A DNA stretch of 63,963 nucleotides, counting the filler, from Collodictyon triciliatum (Eukaryota): NCBI GenBank assembly GCA_043381765.1. It is 5 parts of 5 records of this genome, joined end to end, with 100 filler letters (N's around TTAATTAATTAA, not from the genome) between each part and the next. Parts side by side here need not be neighbours in the genome. Positions count along the whole stretch, not along the records: positions 53,624 to 62,561 come from JBHJMP010001504.1; positions 62,662 to 63,963 come from JBHJMP010001609.1; 3 more parts are not named here. One strand, given 5' to 3'. The stretch's first letter is position 1. Every line of letters begins with the position of its first letter. The notes below the pieces were generated by a model. That model was not told where the DNA came from and searched no databases. It saw nothing but the letters and a program-made list of their open reading frames with translations. Shown here one piece after another: positions 56,701 through 63,963 of this stretch. Made by a program: the position numbers and the translations under genes.

Positions 56701-59032
56701 CTATAATGCGATTGACTATAAAGAGAACCAAATCTAGAATATTTAATGTATAATAATTAATTTGTTTTAAAAATACATTTCTTATTTAGTCTCCGGTGGC
56801 TTTAACTTACAACGACCAGGTATACGTCTTATTCATATTTTTTATATTTGTTACCACCTAATACCGAATGCAAACAAAATTAATTTAGGCCGTTCTTGAG
56901 AATCATCATTGTTTTCATGCATTCTGTATCCTGCAAAAACCCGGGTGTAATATTACCTCTTACTTATCACCTGCAGAGTTTAAAGAATTTCGAAAAGCGG
57001 TACTAGTTGATTTGGATGGTCCATCTTATATCTCTTCATTCCATAAATTATATTTCATATGTTAACTATAATTCTTAATATATTTTTGATATATCTCAGT
57101 CCATTTTTGCAATTCTATCGACGGATATGGGCCGCCACTTTGAGTATCTGTCAAAATTTGCTACTCGCCTACAAACAAAACCTTTCTCCAGGGAGAGGTT
57201 GAACTTAATGTTGACTCAAGCAAATACCTTATATTACTGATGGGAAAAAAAATATTAAAATAAGAGGCAACAAAATATCTTCATTTTTATCTTGAGAAAG
57301 TTTCATATTTTTCATGTTATTTCTGAGGGCTGGAATCATCGAATTGCGTAAACTTTAATTTATTTTTTTAGTCTCGATGACCGAATGTTTGTGATGGGAA
57401 TGATATTGCATACAGCAGACCTCGGTAATGTTATGCGACCTCCTCAAGTATCAAGAGAATGGTCAAATCGGGTTATGGCTGAGTTTTTGTTGCAGGTCTA
57501 ATTTACGCATATCGCTTTGTAGCCTTGTGGTTTATTGATTTCGCTTGTACTATATTCTTTGACCATAAATTTATCTCTTTATCTCTTTATCTCTTTATCT
57601 CTTTATCTCTTTATCTCTTTATCTCTTTATCTCTTTATCTCTTTATCTCTTTATCTCTTTATCTCTTTATCTATCTCTTTATCTATCTCTTTATCTATCT
57701 CTTTATCTATCTCTTTATCTATCTCTTTATCTATCTCTTTATCTATCTCTTTATCTATCTCTTTATCTATCTCTTTATCTCATAATGGTGTTGGAGTCAT
57801 GGAATTGAAACAGCGCATTTTTGAAACTTGGACAATACAATAGGGGGATACCGAAAAAGATTTTGGGTTTCCGATTTCGCCATTCATGAATCGTCATGAA
57901 ACGAATCCCGCAGTGATGTCGTTAAACTTTCTTGATTTCATCGCCATACCCCTAGTCGAGTCCATGATTTCATTCATGCCAGATTTAACATGTGAGGCAT
58001 AAAAAATAATTCAGTTTTATCGATATCTTCGCTATTATTGTGATTAGCGAAAGTTTGAGCATATTTGGAATAATTGGACTTTTCAATTATCAATAGATGC
58101 ATATAACAATATCAAGGCAAACAGGTCGTTTTGGTTCGAAGTTAGTAGAACCGAGCAACCTCAACTACCGGTTCAATATGAGGTAAATATTTAATTAATA
58201 GAACAATTCAAAAAGATTAGATACACTTTATACCGAATTTTGAATAACATAGCCACAATTTTTGCACTACACAATAGCATAATACATATGTTTTTTTGTC
58301 TTGAGAATTAATCTTAGATTTTCATTTTTTCTTCTAGATATCTTAATTTAACAATCAACCTGTTTCAAATTGTAGAAATACGATGGGATGAGCATCGGGC
58401 TTTTTAGCGGGAGCTTTTGGAAAGTAACCATTTCAAAAATTGTGAAACCCGAGCCGGAACAGAAAGCGCTTGAATCAAATGATGGGTTTACGCACCGTAA
58501 ACATCCACCTAAGCGTCTAGCATTTGGAAAACTTCCGTACCAACCCATTGAGAAACAAAAGGCAACGAAACCCACATCCAAAACAGATTTCACTCAGAAG
58601 GTAGATTCACTTATAAGTGACCTTACTGCCCTTTTTTTCTTCAGGGTTGATGATATGAATTTATGATTTAAACATACTTACACAATTTTAAAATAAAGAA
58701 GAAATTAATGAATAAAAATCTCATTGTGATTGGAAATCTAGCAAGTTTCTCCAGTAACAAAAGCGAGTCAAAGTGCAAAGCACATCGTATCCGCTGCAAA
58801 GACCGAGCAAAGCAAATCACACATTCAAAAGGCAATCACAAGCTCTGTTAGCCTCCGCTCTACATTGACAGCCTCGATATCATCAGAGACAAACGGTTGG
58901 CTTCATTTTTATTATTCGTTACCTGCTTTCGCTACTTATATTTATATATGAATATGTATATCATTTAGTAGGTTGCATGTTTCTACAGGAATCTATAGCA
59001 TATCACGTCCTGCACCCCGACTAATCACTTGA
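53784..59032 (+). CDS. Class I cyclic-nucleotide phosphodiesterase with N-terminal pseudo-receiver domain (paralog B), ~19 exons
   Basis: NPYHNFHHAIDV, ALCHDIDHPGVNN, YNDQAVLENHH, STDMGRHF, HTADLGN, EFLLQ|GDTE. Receiver-like KILLLASEK..IRMILCWESLPEIDS..GCTDVIIAPF. PDE8-like linker ETPVQGLL..SSDLYAPRF. Could be 5'-partial. Confidence 0.9.
54610..54727. repeat. (TGTTTTTGTTTG)n intronic minisatellite
   Basis: Direct reading. Confidence 0.95.
57571..57781. repeat. (TTTATCTC)n then (TTTATCTATCTC)n intronic array
   Basis: Direct reading. Confidence 0.96.
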
Positions 59033-60172
59033 TTCCTCTTCGACACGACTTGATAGACTCTAAATCAACCAAAAGCACCATCGCTAACACAACCCGGCCG
59101 AACTCAGCCCCTGTGTAAATAGATCCAATTCACTAAGAATATATATACATTCAACACAAGAGCCGTGCATGCACGAGAAAGAAGGAACATGAATGAAACC
59201 CCCTCTCAAAAAGGAAGAGACCATCCTTGTTCGACCCATATTTTATGTTTAGCTACATTTACCCAAACGAAGCATTTACTTCTGTCGGCATAAACTAGGT
59301 CGACCACGGCAAGCAAAACACGCACGATAACTCCGTCGGCCGCACAGAACAGCACATATCGCCCACAAAGCAGCGGCCGGAATCCAAAGGACACACCAGC
59401 CTCCCCATTGTCCTCTCCCGCAAAGGCCCTGCCGCAGAAGAAAACAGCCTGGTTTATTCATCTTTCCATTCGTGATTTATGCCATCGACACATGCCCTGA
59501 ACTATTTTTTTGAATGATATCAATTATATAGATAATTATCCCTATGCCTGCTCAAAAGAAAAAACAGAAACAGAAACAGAAATAGAGGAATAACAATAAG
59601 CCAAAGCTAAACCACACTTACATCGGACATTGATAGGAAATGGTGAAGATGAGGCTAGAAAGAGAAAGATGGGCTTCTAAACAGGAATAACAAGCAACTC
59701 AATAAAGACGACGATTATTTGATCGACTCAGTCTTGTGAATCGACGTTGAAAAGGAGAGCACAGATATTACAATAAGGGGAAGGCACAATATGCGAGAGT
59801 GCACTGAGATGAGAGGGGAGAAGGAAAGGGAGAAAGAGAAGATGAAACATAGCCTTCGACTTTATTCCACTGTTGTCGTTGTTTGGCTTTGGCTCCAACC
59901 ATCAAATCCCAGCAAACAAAGGCGAAAGGCAGTGGATGGAGTCGAAACAATCATTGTAGAAGCCACGCAGGAATGCGGAATATTAGAAGAAGAAAAAAAG
60001 AAAAAGAAAACAAAGAGGAGAAGTAGAGTGTGAAAGAGTTATTGAAAGAAACGAAACAAAGTGGGGTGAGTGCCCCTCACAGATTTATCACTGCTCGCTG
60101 TGTACTTTGCGTCTGATGACTGCTGTTTGCTTTGGTCTTTGATGCCCTTTGATATTGTGCTGGTTGCCGCGT

Positions 60173-62167
60173 TCAATTGTCCTCATCAGCCGCGCCTTCC
60201 TTGCCAGAACTTTGTCCCGGCACGCGAGATGGTGACCCGCCGGTTCGGTCTGCGGCAGGCGCAACGGGTTCTGCAGCTCCGGCTGCCCCGGGTGGCTGAC
60301 TAGTCCCAGCAGCAGGCGATTGACCTTGCTTCATTTGCATGGATTCTTGCTGCGGTGTGGAGAACAGGATTATGCAAAGGCCAGTGGAAACATGCATTCG
60401 AACGATGCAATGACAGAAAGAGAAAGTTGTATGGAGTCAGGCGGATATGGGGATGGGAAGAGGTGGGTTTGTTCATTTACATATTTGAGAATCGTCCAGT
60501 CAAAGACATAGTCGTATGTGTAACCCTCCCGCACAAAGACATCCCGGAAGATTTTTCGAAGGTATGTGTAATCTGGCTTCTCATCGAATCGCAGAGACCG
60601 GCAGTACATCATGAAGGATGCAAACTCAGCTGATACAATAGTTAGGATAGAAAAAGAGGACGGATAAATGTATCAGTCAATTGGTTTCGATTGTGGTTAT
60701 CGGGATGGAATTTGACTTTGAATATGGAATCGGCCAGCGGCGTCAACTGAATACTTACGAGGGCATCCTTTACATAAGACGTCGATTGGCGTCGACATTT
60801 TCTTTTCGCTGATTTTCTCATACTTGTGCTTCTTCGTGGCGGCCTTAAGTCCCTGCCAGGGAAGGCTTCCACGCAAAAAATATATAAAGACATAACCAAG
60901 TGACTCTATATCATCGCGACGGCTTTGTTCTAAAAGTAGTAATTGCTCTCAAGATTTTTTAAAAATAAATGATACACATAAGCACATTACAACCACAAAA
61001 GATTTTGTATTGTTTTTGAGATGCTTGTACAAAAAAAAAAATTATGACCAGACTCGACAGTGATGTGATGGAACTTTTAGACTAATCGAAGTTGTTGCCC
61101 TTTTTTTAAAAAAAAATAATAATAATAATAAAAATAAAATAATGAAGGATATAGCTACCAATCCCAAGATGCGTATTTACGCTGGCATATCTAGCAGTTC
61201 CTGTCAGATTTTTGTTTTCACGGTAGGGAATGTGCTGATGTGTCTTGCTATCACGGTATTTCTTGGCCAACCCGAAGTCAATAATATGCACTTGATTGCT
61301 TTTCTTCCCAAGACCCATCAAGAAATTATCTGGTTTGATATCCCGGTGTATGAAGTTCTTGGAATGCACATATTCTGCTCTGCTGATCTATTTGTTAAAA
61401 TATCATCGTCAAGAATCGAATAAATGAAACTAAAGCGTGGATAGCCAAAAATAACATTTTATATTAAAATATGATGATATTTGCGTCAGAATTAATACAG
61501 CTGTTAACTTCACATATTCAGTGGATGTATTCATCTCTGTGTAATTTTTTATTTTTCTTGACAAATGTCATTAAAGATAACAAACATAAGAAAAAGATAA
61601 TAATGATGGCTTCATAAAGATGAATGCCCATGGAACACACCATCTGGTCAGCCAGCATCAGCACTGTTTTGAGTGAAAACTGTCGATTACAAAAGTTAAA
61701 CATGTCTTCCAGACTCGGACCAAGAAGGTCGATAACCATTACATTGAAGTCTCCTTCAGTTCCGTACCAGCGAACATAAGGGATTCCAACTGGATATGAA
61801 TTTAAATTAAAAGAACTTTCTTTGTGATGAAACATTAGAAAAGAATGTTGATTCAAAGGTTTTTTTAAAAAATATAAAAATAATTAGATATTCGGTAATG
61901 TTTGCTTATCAATATGTAGATGAGGACAAAAATATTTTGAAGCACGGGGATATTCATTACAGACACGCAAATCAGGCTTAAATATATTTCATATATGATT
62001 ATGTTGCTGTTCCTCTCAATCATATGCAAACTTTTGTTTTTTGCCCAGAGTAATACCTCCTCCTCCAAGGATTTTATATAGTTTGGATTCATACAACAAC
62101 TGAGGTTGGCGTGTCTTGCTTTTTTCAAGTTTGATGGCAACTTCTTCTCCTGTTGCTACATTGACCC
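60173..62167 (-). CDS. CK1: Casein kinase 1 (delta/epsilon-like), first exon missing at contig end
   Basis: [89 protein letters not shown]; short A/G/P-rich tail. Confidence 0.97.
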
Positions 62168-62449
62168 CTATATTTATTTGCTTAGTATTGATTCATGAAG
62201 ATCTTATGTAGCTCTTAAGTACACTAAGTTTCAGCATTAACTTTATACATCAACTGTATGAGGTATTTTGTTAATGCCAACATGGGCTCAACTTTTCATT
62301 CAGACTTCTGAATTTTCTTCCCCATATTTGTCAATTAAAAGGTATATAGAACAGGACACCAGTTAATTGATCATTTTCAATACATACTTATGAATATGAA
62401 AAGATTTCATATTCAAGAGTTTCCATTATTGGTATTTTATCATTGCTAT

Positions 62450-62561
62450 CATTATTATTATGATTATGATTATTATTATGATTATTATTATGATTATTAT
62501 TATGATTATGATTATGATTATGATTATGATTATGATTATGATTATGATTATGATTATGATT
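62450..62561. repeat. (TATGAT)n microsatellite at contig end
   Basis: Direct reading. Confidence 0.96.
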
Positions 62562-62661
62562 NNNNNNNNNNNNNNNNNNNNNNNNNNNNNNNNNNNNNNN
62601 NNNNNTTAATTAATTAANNNNNNNNNNNNNNNNNNNNNNNNNNNNNNNNNNNNNNNNNNNN
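62562..62661. other. Artificial contig-joining spacer
   Basis: N44-TTAATTAATTAA-N44. Confidence 0.98.
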
Positions 62662-62688
62662 TCGGTGAATTGCCTTTTGTATTGCAGA

Positions 62689-63770
62689 ACAAACTCTTAC
62701 GGAGCAATTTTGCATAAAATTATGCAAATGAAAAGGCTTCAACAAGAGTTTATCAACTATGTGTTCAAATTGGAGCAAGTAATTCATTCGATAATGGCGA
62801 GTAGGGCTAATAATTATATATATTTCAAGAATTCATGCGCTTGCTATGGTGCTTAATATATGTTATTTTAGGAAGAGTATTAAGAAAGATTGAGCTGAAG
62901 TGGACTTATAATTGCACTTCAAAAGATAAACAAGGAATGTCTTGACCTGATTGAGAAAAGTTATTATTCCCAAAATTAACCGCTCCCTTTTTGCGTCGAA
63001 TATTTTCTTTAATCTAAGTTGCGCACATTATATAAGATTATCATAATATTAGGTACCTGACTCGTGATTAATACTTGCTTTTATAGAAACCTCTTGATGT
63101 TGTTTCTATTGGGATGATGAGTTGTAGGACTGCCTGAAGGGACCAGAGCCAAGTTGGAATTGATAAAGGTTTATGCCAAAAACCACTCAAGAATCCGCAT
63201 TGTTGCTCCTGTCGAAGACTGATTCATCATCGTTTGTGCTTGAGCCATTTATGTCGAAAGGTATTTTCCTAAACCTATTTTTTTTCATCCGTTTCTCGAT
63301 CGAAGATTTCACCCGGACCTCGACCGAATATACCTCATATAAATAATGGCATTTTCCAGTAGACGTCTCATTTTCAAGAAGAAAAATTAGATTTTTTTTT
63401 GGTTTTATAAAAAAATCCACTTTCTTCGGTTAAGGTTCAATACAACTCTGCCAAGCTTTTTGCGAAAAAAGCAGAGACACATTCCATGTGAAGTTTTATG
63501 AAATTGAAAAGGAATCAAACCAAAGATTCCCTTCATGAGCGAAATACTGAATACTACCACAAGGTGGGAATCTCCCAAATAGGGCACATTATTCTCAGTT
63601 CTTTACTAATCGGGCATTTTCTTTATTTTATTGTTTCAAATATACTGTAGGGTCTCAAAATATTTGTTACTTTATTGAACAAATGCGATTTATTAAAAAT
63701 AAGGTTAGAGGCCAAGCAACGTCTTTAAAAAGACCCACCAGCAACTCTAGGAATCCAAATTTAAAGGCAT
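62689..63770 (+). pseudogene. Myosin motor-domain fragment with many frameshifts (pseudogene or unpolished sequence)
   Basis: Removing single extra bases gives NSxEQFCINYANExLQQEFINYVFKLEQ|EEY..W..IDFKDNKECLDLIEK|KPL..DDECRLPxG and later TLGIQFK. GT-AG intron boundaries are retained. Confidence 0.85.
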
Positions 63771-63889
63771 ACTCATGCATTTGCCTCATAATCTATATTT
63801 TTCGAATCATAATCTTATTCAAAAATTCATCTTCATTTTAATGTAGATTCGAAAAGAATTATATCACAAACCTGACTTTTAAACCCAAA

Positions 63890-63963
63890 CTAATTATTAT
63901 TATATTATTATTATATTATTATTATTATTATATTATTATTATTATTATTATGATTATGATTTA
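63890..63963. repeat. (ATT)n-type microsatellite at window end
   Basis: Direct reading. Confidence 0.9.

Noticed and set aside
59120-60170. Short ORFs between PDE-B and CK1
   Set aside because: No motifs were found, and the region is consistent with the 3' UTRs of two convergent genes.

Overview
AT-rich, intron-dense nuclear DNA from a microbial eukaryote (standard genetic code; lineage cannot be fixed from this window). It is five separate contigs joined by four artificial 100-nt N44-TTAATTAATTAA-N44 spacers, and most contig ends fall in microsatellites. Genes were reconstructed by hand-splicing, so exon boundaries are approximate. Contig 1 has a coiled-coil gene, a ~3000-aa type-I surface protein (TMEM132-like cohesin/Ig region + second cohesin + dockerin-like pair + REJ/PKD + degenerate GPS + one TM) and FNBP4. 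Contig 2 has a pseudo-receiver cyclic-nucleotide phosphodiesterase, an HS3ST-like sulfotransferase, AP-3 delta (~35 introns) and the 3' end of a SNF2-like gene. Contig 3 has a double-AAA ATPase, a PLAT/PX-like protein, a disordered+NmrA-like protein and the 5' end of a WS/DGAT. Contig 4 has a second pseudo-receiver PDE and casein kinase 1. Contig 5 has a myosin motor fragment riddled with single-base insertions. The most interesting items are the cohesin-dockerin/polycystin-like receptor and the paralogous PDE pair, whose receiver domains lack the phospho-Asp and whose catalytic domains lack the normally invariant Gln. No rRNA, tRNA, CRISPR array or transposase was recognised. All family assignments are from motif recognition, not database searches.
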